32,000 bases of DNA. Source: Micrococcus luteus NCTC 2665. GTDB lineage: Bacteria; Actinomycetota; Actinomycetes; Actinomycetales; Micrococcaceae. Below are positions 23,526 through 31,439 of this stretch, in pieces (the first letter of the stretch is position 1; each line of letters starts with the position of its first letter). Below the pieces are notes generated by a model. The model made no database searches, was not told the origin of the DNA, and was given only the letters and a program-made list of their open reading frames with translations. Location: the NCBI RefSeq assembly GCF_000023205.1, contig NC_012803.1, positions 2,100,001 through 2,132,000 of the forward strand. Reading direction: 5' to 3'. The position numbers and the translations under genes are program-made.

Positions 23526-24353
23526 ATGGCCCACGCCTCCACGCACCCCGCCCATCCGCTGCCGCCCGTGGCGCCCCGTCGTCTGCTGCTGGCCCAGCGG
23601 CTGCTCCGCGGCGAGGGCTCCGTCGAGGTCACGGCCTTCCGCGCCGGCGAGACGCTCACCACGGCCGTCCACGGCGTGAGCGCGGACGGCCGCCTCGTGG
23701 TCGCCCACGTCCCCAACCTCCTCGGTTCGCTCGGCGCGTTCCACACGCCCGCGCCGCTGGACGTGCGCGTGGACGTCCTGCGCGACGCCCTGGACCTCAC
23801 GGTCCCCACCCGCCTGGCGTCCGTGCATCTGCTCGGCACCCTGCGCTGGTGCCGGGACTCGGCCGAGGTCGCGGAGCTGGGGCTGCGCGGTCGCGTCGCG
23901 GACCTCGTGGCCGACGTCGGCCCGCGGGTGCGCGTGGGCGTCGTCGAGACCCAGCGGATCCTGTTGCACGACGTCGACGGCGTCGCCGTGTTCTGCCGCC
24001 ACACCCTGCCGCTCACGTCGCGCGGACTGGTCGACCAGGCCGAGCTCGCAGACCTGGCGGACGACGTGCTGGGCACCGCCCCCGAGGTGCTCGCGGACCT
24101 GGCCGACGCCGTCGCCCTGGGCCTGCTGCCGGGCGAGAGCACCCCGTTGCAGGTCGGCACCGCACCCCTGTCCGAGTCCCCCGCCCACGCCCTCGACGCG
24201 GACGAAGCCGGGGTGACCCTGCTGCGCGTCCGCGATGGCGAGAGCACCGCGGTGCACGTGGCCCTGCCCGGCGCGGGTCGGCTCGACCACAGCCCGCGGC
24301 ACGCCTGGCGGCGACTGCTGGACGCGATCCCGGCGCGGGTCGCCCGCCCCTGA
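23526..24353 (+). CDS. Hypothetical protein
   Basis: Start MAHASTHP after GGAAGGA (aa 15 of track ORF 23484..24353). High GC3 and ordinary amino-acid composition. There is a vague resemblance to DUF2470/PPOX-like actinobacterial proteins that I cannot substantiate. Confidence 0.5.
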   Translation: MAHASTHPAHPLPPVAPRRLLLAQRLLRGEGSVEVTAFRAGETLTTAVHGVSADGRLVVAHVPNLLGSLGAFHTPAPLDVRVDVLRDALDLTVPTRLASVHLLGTLRWCRDSAEVAELGLRGRVADLVADVGPRVRVGVVETQRILLHDVDGVAVFCRHTLPLTSRGLVDQAELADLADDVLGTAPEVLADLADAVALGLLPGESTPLQVGTAPLSESPAHALDADEAGVTLLRVRDGESTAVHVALPGAGRLDHSPRHAWRRLLDAIPARVARP

Positions 24354-24362
24354 GGGGCGGCG

Positions 24363-24637
24363 TCAGTCGATCGTGTAGGTGGCGCAGGTGGCCACGTCCG
24401 TGACCTCGATGCCCTCGGCGGTGCAGGCGAGGTCGGCGTTGTACGTGCACTCGAGGCGGTGGCACGCACCGACGGTCGAGGTGCCCTCGGTCACCGGGCG
24501 GCGGACGTCCAGCTGGACGAAGGTGCCGCAGCCGGGCGTGCGGTCGGAGCCGGCGACGGTGATGGCCAGGGCGTTGCAGGACGACTGGGCGTTGAAGGCG
24601 CAGGCGCGGCGGCGCAGGTGCGGACGGCGGTGGTCAT
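24363..24637 (-). pseudogene. Small Cys-rich protein (~91 aa, 10 Cys) whose SD-ATG is out of frame with the body
   Basis: GGGAGGAtcacgccATG (ATG at 24637) opens MTTAVRTCAAA. The high-GC3 body (ACAFNAQSSCNALAITVAGSDRTPGCGTFVQLDV...ACHRLECTYNADLACTAEGIEVTDVATCATYTID*) is in another frame. The junction lies in a GCC/GCG run near 24600-24610. The span is 275 nt, not a multiple of 3. Confidence 0.5.
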
Positions 24638-24782
24638 GGCGTGATCCTCCCGGTTCGGGCCCGCCCCGGGATGGGGCGGCGCTGCTGGAATCGAGATTAC
24701 TCCGGCCCGCGAATAGCACAAGAGGGGTGAGCCTTAGTCGATAGACGATTAGCGCAAATGGATTTTGCGCATTGTCGCGTGT

Positions 24783-24790
24783 CCTATGGG
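24783..24790. repeat. Target-site duplication, left copy (CCTATGGG)
   Basis: Identical 8-mer at 26277-26284, immediately outside the other IR. ISL3 elements typically generate 8-bp duplications. Confidence 0.85.
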
Positions 24791-24812
24791 GGCTCTTCCC
24801 AGTTGAGCGTGG
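24791..24812. repeat. IS left inverted repeat (IRL)
   Basis: GGCTCTTCCCAGTTGAGCGTGG; the reverse complement of 26255-26276 is GGCTCTTCACACTTGAGCGTGG. Confidence 0.9.
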
Positions 24813-24896
24813 GGGTGTCGTGAGTCAAGGGCCCGTGCCCTTGCAAGAGGATGGATTTTGCGAAGAATCTAACCTCGATCACGAAGGACACGAGCC

Positions 24897-26270
24897 ATGT
24901 CCCAGCGTACGCGCGCTGCCTTGCCCCTGCCTGCCCACGCCGCTGCCGAGCACCACGTCCGTGCGGCGGCATCGGTGGTGTTCAACCTGGAGGGATACAC
25001 CGTCCTTCAGGCCCTCGACCGGCCACTGGGAGGTAGGCGTGTCGTTGTGGCCGCCGATGCCGCCGAGGGGGCCTGCCCGGGCTGCGGGGTGTTCTCGGGC
25101 CGGGTGCACCAGCGGGTCCGCCAGTCCGTGAAGGACATCCCTGTCGGTGGGGACCTGTTGGAGTTGGTTGTCGTCAAGCCCAGGTTCCTGTGCGCCGAGG
25201 GGGCCTGCCCGCGCCGGACCTTCACGCAGACCACGGACCAGTTGCCGGCCCGGGCCCGGTGTACCACCCGGTTGCGGGAGGCCGTGGTGGCCGCGGTGCT
25301 GGACTCCGGCCGGGCCACCGCGGAAGCCGCCAACGCGCATGGCCTGGCGTGGGGCACCGTCAACGCCGCCATCCTGGGCCACACCATGGTCTTGCCGGAG
25401 GTCGACAAGGTGCCGGTGCGGGCGCTGGGCATCGACGAGCACCGGTTCGCCACCGCCAAGTGGTTCAAACACCCCGACACGGCCGTCTGGTGCCGGGTCG
25501 AGCCGTGGATGAGCACCTTTGTCGTCGCCGACACCGGGCACGTGCTCGGCGTCGTCGACGGACGGTCTTCCCGCAACGTCACCGCCTGGCTGGCCGAACG
25601 CTCCGAAGCCTGGCTGGATCGGCTCGAGGTGGTCGCCATCGATCCCTCGGCCACGTTCCGCACCGCGATCCGCAAGGTGCTGCCGACCGTGGACATCAGC
25701 GTGGACCACTTCCACCTGGTCAAGCTCGGCAACCAGATGCTCACCGAGGTCCGCCAACGCGTGGTGCGCGAAGTCCTGGGCCGGCGGGGCCGCAAGCAGG
25801 ATGCCGTGTGGGCTCACCGGATGTTGCTGCTGCGGGCCGGGGACCGACTCACCGAGGCCGGCCTGCGCCGACTCGAGCACGTCCTGGACGACGATGCCTA
25901 TGAGCAGGTCGCCGCCGCCTGGGCGGTCAAGGAGCACCTGCGGCGGATCCTGAACGCCCCCACCGTCGCAGCGGCCCAGAACGCCCGGATCGACTTCGAG
26001 CTGACCGTAGCCGCCGCAGGACTGCCGGAGGCTGACAGGCTCTCGGCCACCGTGGGGAAGTGGTGGGTCGAGATCAAGGTGTTCATCCGCACCCGAGTCA
26101 CGAACGCCCGCACCGAGGCGGCCAACACGGCCATCAAACAGGTCAAGCGCACCGGCCGCGGGTTCCGCAACCAGACCAACTACCAGTCACGTATTCTGGC
26201 CAGGAGCTTCCGACGGACACGCCGACGCTCCCAGATCCACCCTCGAGCAGGACTCCACGCTCAAGTGTGA
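24897..26270 (+). CDS. ISL3 family transposase
   Basis: 457 aa. N-terminal zinc finger CPGCG...H; LGIDEHRF; VVAIDPSATFRTAI; VDHFHLVKLGNQMLTEVRQRV; C-terminal NARTEAANTAIKQVKRTGRGFRNQTNYQSRIL. Confidence 0.9.
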   Translation: MSQRTRAALPLPAHAAAEHHVRAAASVVFNLEGYTVLQALDRPLGGRRVVVAADAAEGACPGCGVFSGRVHQRVRQSVKDIPVGGDLLELVVVKPRFLCAEGACPRRTFTQTTDQLPARARCTTRLREAVVAAVLDSGRATAEAANAHGLAWGTVNAAILGHTMVLPEVDKVPVRALGIDEHRFATAKWFKHPDTAVWCRVEPWMSTFVVADTGHVLGVVDGRSSRNVTAWLAERSEAWLDRLEVVAIDPSATFRTAIRKVLPTVDISVDHFHLVKLGNQMLTEVRQRVVREVLGRRGRKQDAVWAHRMLLLRAGDRLTEAGLRRLEHVLDDDAYEQVAAAWAVKEHLRRILNAPTVAAAQNARIDFELTVAAAGLPEADRLSATVGKWWVEIKVFIRTRVTNARTEAANTAIKQVKRTGRGFRNQTNYQSRILARSFRRTRRRSQIHPRAGLHAQV

Positions 26271-26276
26271 AGAGCC
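26255..26276. repeat. IS right inverted repeat (IRR)
   Basis: CCACGCTCAAGTGTGAAGAGCC; overlaps the transposase stop (26268-26270). Confidence 0.9.
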
Positions 26277-26284
26277 CCTATGGG
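26277..26284. repeat. Target-site duplication, right copy (CCTATGGG)
   Basis: See the left copy at 24783-24790. Confidence 0.85.
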
Positions 26285-26287
26285 CCG

Positions 26288-27946
26288 ATGTCGCACCTGA
26301 CCGCCCACCCCGCCGTCACCGCCCGGTCACGTCCGCGTCTCCGCCCCTGCCACCCTGCACGGGTGACCTCGCACACTGACCCCGCGCACCCGGCCGCCCA
26401 CCCCGTCTCCCGCCGCACCCTCCTCGGCGGGGCGGGCTTCGTCGTCGCCTCCGCGGCGCTGCTGTCCACGCCAGCCGGCACCGCCCACGCGGCCACCGGC
26501 CCCACGCCGTTCACGCTCGGCGTCGCCTCGGGCGACCCGTGGCCCGACGGCGCGGTCCTGTGGACCCGCCTGGCCGTGGACCCCCTCGCGCTCGACGGCC
26601 TCGGCGGCATGCCGGACCAGTCGTTCAGGGTGGAGTACCGGGTGGCCACGGACGAGGGCTTCCACAAGGTCGTCCGGTCGGGCGCCGTCACCACGGACCG
26701 CACGCAGGGCTACGCGGTGCACGTCACGCTCACCGGTCTGCGCCCCGGCACCGAGTACTTCTACCGGTTCCGCGCGCTCGGCCACCTCTCGCGCGTCGGC
26801 CGCACGGTCACCGCGCCCGCCCGCGGCTCGAACCCGAGCCGCCTCACCATGACGGTCGCCTCGTGCGCCAACTGGGAGCACGGCTACTTCACCGCCTACG
26901 GCCACATGGCCGCCGAGCGTCCCGACCTCATGGTCCACCTGGGCGACTACTACTACGAGATCATGCCGTACGGGTACCCGGTCTCCTCGGGCGTCCCACG
27001 CGCCCACAGGAACGGGGAGTCCCGCACCCTCGCCCAGTACCGGGCCCGCATGGCGCAGTACAAGACGGACCCGCACCTGCAGGACGCGCACGCCGCCGCC
27101 CCGTGGCTCGTGATCTTCGACGACCACGAGCTCGAGAACAACTGGGCGGACGAGACCCCGGAGATCTGGGACCCGAACTTCCTCGCGCGCCGCGCCGCCG
27201 CGTTCCAGGCGTACTACGAGAACATGCCGCTCCGCGCGTCGTCCGTGCCCCGCGGCATCGACATGCAGCTCTACCGCCGCGTCCAGTGGGGCGACCTCGC
27301 CACGTTCCACCTCCTGGACACGCGCCAATACCGCTCGGACCAGGCCAACCTGGACCTGGTGAAGGTCGTCGACGCCGACGCACGGGACCCGCGGCGCACC
27401 ATCACGGGCGCGGCGCAGGAGGCGTGGCTGCGCGAGGGCTTCGAGACCTCGGTCGCCCGCTGGGACCTCATCACGCAGCAGGTGCCGTTCGTGCAGTACG
27501 ACCGCTCCTCCGGCCCGCTCCTGTGGGGCGACATGGACTCATGGGACGGCTACGTCGCCTCGCGCGACCGCGTGGTCAGCGCGTGGACCGCGGCGGGCGT
27601 CCGCAACCCCGTGGTGCTCACCGGTGACATCCACGAGGCCTTCGCCTCGGACATCAAGCGGGACTTCAACGACCTCTCCTCGGAGTCCGTGGGCGTCGAG
27701 CTCATCACCACGTCGATCACCTCGGGCGGCGACGGCTCGGACGCCGCCGCGGAGGCGCTCGCGTGGAACCCGCACATCAAGTTCAACAACGACCTGCGCG
27801 GCTACCTCCGCGTGGACCTCTCCGCCCACATGCTCGAGGCCCGCTTCCGCGTGGTCGACTACGTGAGCGAGCTGGGCTCGTCGGTGCGCACGCGCGCGGT
27901 CTTCGGCGTCGGCGACGGCGAGCATCGGCTCCACCGGATCGCCTGA
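26288..27946 (+). CDS. phoD: Alkaline phosphatase D family protein (PhoD), Tat-exported
   Basis: Twin-arginine signal VSRRTLLGGAGFVVASAALL...AHA. PhoD blocks FTLGVASGDPWPDGAVLWTRL, TEYFYRF, ASCANWEHGYF, HLGDYYYE, FDDHELENNW and VLTGDIHEAF. The first in-frame ATG is at 26288; GTG at 26363 is an alternative start. Confidence 0.85.
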   Translation: MSHLTAHPAVTARSRPRLRPCHPARVTSHTDPAHPAAHPVSRRTLLGGAGFVVASAALLSTPAGTAHAATGPTPFTLGVASGDPWPDGAVLWTRLAVDPLALDGLGGMPDQSFRVEYRVATDEGFHKVVRSGAVTTDRTQGYAVHVTLTGLRPGTEYFYRFRALGHLSRVGRTVTAPARGSNPSRLTMTVASCANWEHGYFTAYGHMAAERPDLMVHLGDYYYEIMPYGYPVSSGVPRAHRNGESRTLAQYRARMAQYKTDPHLQDAHAAAPWLVIFDDHELENNWADETPEIWDPNFLARRAAAFQAYYENMPLRASSVPRGIDMQLYRRVQWGDLATFHLLDTRQYRSDQANLDLVKVVDADARDPRRTITGAAQEAWLREGFETSVARWDLITQQVPFVQYDRSSGPLLWGDMDSWDGYVASRDRVVSAWTAAGVRNPVVLTGDIHEAFASDIKRDFNDLSSESVGVELITTSITSGGDGSDAAAEALAWNPHIKFNNDLRGYLRVDLSAHMLEARFRVVDYVSELGSSVRTRAVFGVGDGEHRLHRIA

Positions 27947-28015
27947 GGCGAGGGGCCGTCGTCGGGCGCGCCGCGGCCGCTGTCGCCGCAACGCGCCGGG
28001 CGCGAACAGCGGGGC

Positions 28016-28080
28016 GCGCGCCGTTTCCCGAACGAAAGCGGTGCGACATGCCGCCGTTTCCCGAACGAAAGTGCTTGGCG
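28016..28080. repeat. Tandem pair of the CGCTTTCGT-N5-AAACGGCGC motif in inverted orientation (family shared with 10555-10613)
   Basis: GCGCGCCGTTTCCCGAACGAAAGCGgtgcg followed by atGCCGCCGTTTCCCGAACGAAAGTGc. The reverse complement of the first copy is CGCTTTCGTTCGGGAAACGGCGCGC, compared with CGCTTTCGTGGCCGAAACGGCGCGC at 10557. Confidence 0.8.
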
Positions 28081-28096
28081 GGGCGGGGTCAGCCGT

Positions 28097-29050
28097 TCAG
28101 CCGGCGAGGCCCAGCAGCCGCAGCTGGTCGGCGTACTTGCGCATCCCAGCCTCCACGGCCTGCGGGTTCTGTGCGTACCAGTCCAGGTGGGTCTGTCGCA
28201 GCTGCTCGGCCGGGACGGTCTGTCCGGCCACGGTCCAGTCCTCGGTCGGCTCGGCGTCGAGGTCGAGGGCCTCGACCACGACCGCCTCGAGGGGCGCGCG
28301 CACCCCGCCGAGGAGCACGCGGGAGGCGGGCACGGGCTGGACGGCGACGTCGCCCGGCAGGTGCTCGGCCGCGCGCTCGGCCACGCGGGTCAGCAGCGTG
28401 TTGGTCGGGTGGTTCACGGTGTAGAAGCCGACGCCCCGCTCCGCCGCCACCAGATCCGCCATGGACAGCGTCCCCTTCGCCTCCTCCCGCGCCCGCAGCG
28501 CCTGCACGGACGCGGCCGCGGCCTCGCGGATCGCCGCCGGCGCCACCTCCCGACGACGGCCCGTCGCCGCCTCGGGCAGCACGCGCAGATCGTGGTACGG
28601 CACGACGGGCGGGTCCTCCCCCGGCCGCTCGGCCGCCCCGGGCGCGACCTTCCAGTTGCGGAGGGTGACCTGCCAGGGGAAGCGCGAGACGTCGTACACC
28701 ACGGGGATCCGCACCACGGCGGCGTCCTTCGGCAGCCGGGCCACGAGCTGGTCCGTGCCGATGGGCATGCCCCGGTAGTCGTGCGGGATCGGCTGGGTGA
28801 CGAGCGCCTTCACGCGGGGCAGCAGCCGCTCCAGGTGCTCGACCTCGTCCGGCTGGACCTCGAAGGCGGGCGGCACGCGGACGCTCACCAGGTCCGCCCC
28901 GTGCAGCGGTGTGCCGGGCTCCCCGCCGAGGAGCCGCCGATACGACTCGCCCTGGCAGTTGCCCCACACCAGCAGCAGGTCGCCCTCGGGCAGGTCCTCG
29001 AGCCCGTAGAAGTGCCCGTAGTGCCGACGTCGTCCCTCGTCTTCCTGCAC
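28097..29050 (-). CDS. WcbI-like polysaccharide biosynthesis protein (putative)
   Basis: GTG start (VQEDEGRRRHYGHFYGL...) 7 nt after GGAGAGAGGA and 17 nt after the upstream stop. 317 aa. The N-terminal LLLVWGNCQGESYRRLL resembles the GNCQ motif I associate with WcbI-family proteins. The rest of track ORF 28097..29923 is a shadow. Confidence 0.45.
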   Translation of the reverse strand: MQEDEGRRRHYGHFYGLEDLPEGDLLLVWGNCQGESYRRLLGGEPGTPLHGADLVSVRVPPAFEVQPDEVEHLERLLPRVKALVTQPIPHDYRGMPIGTDQLVARLPKDAAVVRIPVVYDVSRFPWQVTLRNWKVAPGAAERPGEDPPVVPYHDLRVLPEAATGRRREVAPAAIREAAAASVQALRAREEAKGTLSMADLVAAERGVGFYTVNHPTNTLLTRVAERAAEHLPGDVAVQPVPASRVLLGGVRAPLEAVVVEALDLDAEPTEDWTVAGQTVPAEQLRQTHLDWYAQNPQAVEAGMRKYADQLRLLGLAG

Positions 29051-29067
29051 GCCTGCGTCCTCTCTCC

Positions 29068-29994
29068 TCAGCCGTCCTCGCGACGGATCCAGTCGACACC
29101 CGTCTTCCCGAACCACCAGGCCAGGAACGCGCAGAGCGCCGCGATGCCCATGCCCACGGTGGCGTCCGAGCCGCGCCCGTCCCCCAGGTACTCCATGATC
29201 ACCGAGATGCTCGCCACGAAGAACAGTGCGGCGCCCAGCGCGATCCCCACCATGGCCGTGCCCGCGAGCTTCCACCCCACGCCGCCCCCGCGCGTGGCCG
29301 GTGCCCCGGACGCCGGGACGGGTGCCGGCGACGGCGGCGCCCACCGGTGCGCGCCCGCCGGCGGCACGGACGGCTCCGTGTCGTGGCGCCGGCGCAGGGA
29401 CTCCGGGATGATCGGCTCGTCCGGGGCGGGCGGTGCCGCCTCGCTCCAGAGCCGGCGCACGGTGCCCCACCCGCTCTGACGCGCGAGCGCCAGCACCACC
29501 TCGGCGGTCCGCACGGCCTCGGACCCGGCGCCGGCCGGGTGTCCGCCGTCGGGGATGCCGAGGGCCTGGGCCGCGGTCGCGATCCGGGGCGGGGCGACGT
29601 CCGGGCGGAGACGGCCCACCAGGGCCAGGGCGTCGCGCCACTCGTGCTCCTGCGGCGTCCCGCCGGTCGCTCGGGTGGCCGCCTCGTAGGCGCCCCGGTC
29701 CCGGTCCGCCCCGGACGCCACGAACGGCAGGTGCTCCCCCAGCAGGTCGAGCTGGGCGGCCACCTCGGGCCACTCCGGCGCGTCGGCGACGGCGGCCTCG
29801 TCCACCCCGTGCAGCTGAGTGTGCAGGCGGGAGAACGACGTCGGCCCGGTCGGCGGGCGCACGGGCCACCGTTCGGCGGCGACGATCTCGCCGCCGCGCA
29901 CGAGGGCCATGTCCACGGCGCACACGGACGCCGGGTCGGCCCCCGCGGTGTGGATCTCCACGGCCACGAAGTCCAGCTCGTCCAGCTCGTTCAT
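29068..29994 (-). CDS. DEDDh (DnaQ-like) 3'-5' exonuclease-fold protein with degenerate catalytic motifs, Pro-rich linker and two C-terminal TM helices
   Basis: Start MNELDELDFVAV after GGGAGGA (aa 99 of the track ORF). The N-terminal ~180 aa follow the exonuclease pattern (FVAVEIHTAG...HGVDEAAVADAPEWPEVAAQL...), but Exo I reads E-I-H instead of D-x-E. The C-terminus has LAGTAMVGIALGAALFFVASISVIM and VGMGIAALCAFLAWWF. Confidence 0.55.
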   Translation of the reverse strand: MNELDELDFVAVEIHTAGADPASVCAVDMALVRGGEIVAAERWPVRPPTGPTSFSRLHTQLHGVDEAAVADAPEWPEVAAQLDLLGEHLPFVASGADRDRGAYEAATRATGGTPQEHEWRDALALVGRLRPDVAPPRIATAAQALGIPDGGHPAGAGSEAVRTAEVVLALARQSGWGTVRRLWSEAAPPAPDEPIIPESLRRRHDTEPSVPPAGAHRWAPPSPAPVPASGAPATRGGGVGWKLAGTAMVGIALGAALFFVASISVIMEYLGDGRGSDATVGMGIAALCAFLAWWFGKTGVDWIRREDG

Positions 29995-30059
29995 CGGTCC
30001 TCCCGTGTTCCGTCCTGTCCGCGATTGTGCCAGCCCCGCCCCGCAGGGCACCGGCCCGC

Positions 30060-31439
30060 TCAGCCCCAGCCGCCCCACCACGCCTCGAGGTCCGGCACGG
30101 CGGCCACGGGCGCCCAGCCCAACCGGGAGACGGGCACCCGCCACACCCGCGCCGTCCCGCCCCGCCGGCGCCGCCACCGTGCCCGCGCGCACGTCAGCAC
30201 GGCGAGCACGTCGCGCGCGCCCCGCTCGCCCGGCTCGCCCAGCACCTCCACGCGCTCGACGCCGGCCCGTTCCAGGCGCAGCAGCCACGCGGCGACGGCG
30301 TCCGCGTCAGGCCGGGCTCCGGCCGTGGCGGGCCGCAGCGGCACGTGCACGTCCACGGACCAGTCGGGCACCGACCGCACGGCGTCGAGGTCGCCGCGCG
30401 CCGGCGTCGACGGCAGGTCCTGGGCCGCCGCCGCGCCGCCGCCGGGCTCGCCCAGCAGCCGCACGCGGGGGTCACCGAGCGCCCGCGCCGCCGCCTCGTC
30501 GAGGCCGCCCACGACGCCGACCCGCGCCCCCGGTGCCGCGCACAGCACGGCGTCCACCGCCACCACGGCCGCCGCCGCGCCGTCCGCGCCCTCCGGCACC
30601 CGCACGCGCGCCTCGACCCGCAGCGGGCCGGCCAGGGACAGGCCGTGGCCGCGGGCCGTCGTCGCGGGGATGCGGGAGGCCAGCACGAGCGCCTCGCGGG
30701 CCTTCACCCGGGCGGCCTCGGCGGCGTCGCCGCGTCCGCCGAAGTCGGCGCCAGCCTGCCACGCCACGGCGTCCGGCGCGTGGCGCAGGGCCGCCCCCAC
30801 GCGCCACAGCCGGTGCGCCAGCTCCCAGTCCTCCCCGCCGTAGCCCACGAACGCGGGGTCGAAGCCGCCGGCGTCCTCGTAGACCTCGCGCGCCACCGTG
30901 AGCACGGCCGAGATGACGTACCGGTAGCCGGTGGAGTCGGCGCGGCGCAGGTCGTCCGTGGCGCGGTACCCGTCACCCAGCCAGGCCGGCTCGGCCAGGC
31001 GGGAGTCCGCGGGCACCTCGTCCCCGGGCCGCCATCCGTCCGCCCAGGCCCGCTCCAGCCAGGCCTCGGCGAGGTGCCGCCGCCGGCCCACCACCGCGGC
31101 GTCCCGGGGCGCCTCGGCCACCGCCGCCAGCGCCGCGTTGAGGTACCCGGGTTCGGGGAGCATGTCCCCGTCGAGGAAGGCGAGCACGTCGCCGTCGGCC
31201 GCCTCCGCCCCGAGCGCCCGGGCCGCCGAGGCGCGGAACCCGCGGTCCTGCTGGCGCACGGTCACCACGTCGAACGGCAGGCCCGGGTCCACCCGGGGCG
31301 GGACGGGCGAGCCGTCGTCGGCCACCACGAGCTGCAGCCCGCCGGTCAGGCCGCGCTGGGCTGCGAGCGCGGCCATGAGCCGGTCGAGGTCCGCCTGGGC
31401 CCGGTAGTAGGGCACCACCACGGAGACGGCGGCGCTCAC
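30060..31439 (-). CDS. Glycosyltransferase family 2 protein
   Basis: GTG start overlapping the upstream stop (GTGA). VSVVVPYYRAQADLDRLMAALAAQ, LQLVVADDGSP, FLDGDMLPEPGY (DxD) and GYGGEDWELAHRLWRVG. Confidence 0.75.
   Translation of the reverse strand: MSAAVSVVVPYYRAQADLDRLMAALAAQRGLTGGLQLVVADDGSPVPPRVDPGLPFDVVTVRQQDRGFRASAARALGAEAADGDVLAFLDGDMLPEPGYLNAALAAVAEAPRDAAVVGRRRHLAEAWLERAWADGWRPGDEVPADSRLAEPAWLGDGYRATDDLRRADSTGYRYVISAVLTVAREVYEDAGGFDPAFVGYGGEDWELAHRLWRVGAALRHAPDAVAWQAGADFGGRGDAAEAARVKAREALVLASRIPATTARGHGLSLAGPLRVEARVRVPEGADGAAAAVVAVDAVLCAAPGARVGVVGGLDEAAARALGDPRVRLLGEPGGGAAAAQDLPSTPARGDLDAVRSVPDWSVDVHVPLRPATAGARPDADAVAAWLLRLERAGVERVEVLGEPGERGARDVLAVLTCARARWRRRRGGTARVWRVPVSRLGWAPVAAVPDLEAWWGGWG

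Larger units (their letters stand above)
24791..26276 (+). mobile_element. ISL3-family insertion sequence, 1486 bp, apparently intact
   Basis: 22-bp terminal IRs matching at 20 of 22 positions, beginning with the ISL3-typical GGCTCTTC. A single transposase ORF. A perfect 8-bp direct repeat CCTATGGG lies on both flanks. Confidence 0.9.

Noticed and set aside
24758-24862. Shared 12-mer ATGGATTTTGCG, each preceded by CAAGAGG. One copy is outside the IS (24719-24725 plus 24758-24769) and one inside its left end (24844-24862). This hints at a remnant of a second IS copy or a shared operator.
   Set aside because: The matches are too short and the surrounding sequence is not alignable. I could not exclude chance. 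Worth a genome-wide check only.
26060-26287. Open reading frame running from inside the IS right end into phoD (track ORF 26060..27946), suggesting a transposase-PhoD fusion.
   Set aside because: It is an alternate frame of the transposase gene with junk composition. The continuity across the IS end is fortuitous, and phoD has its own ATG at 26288.
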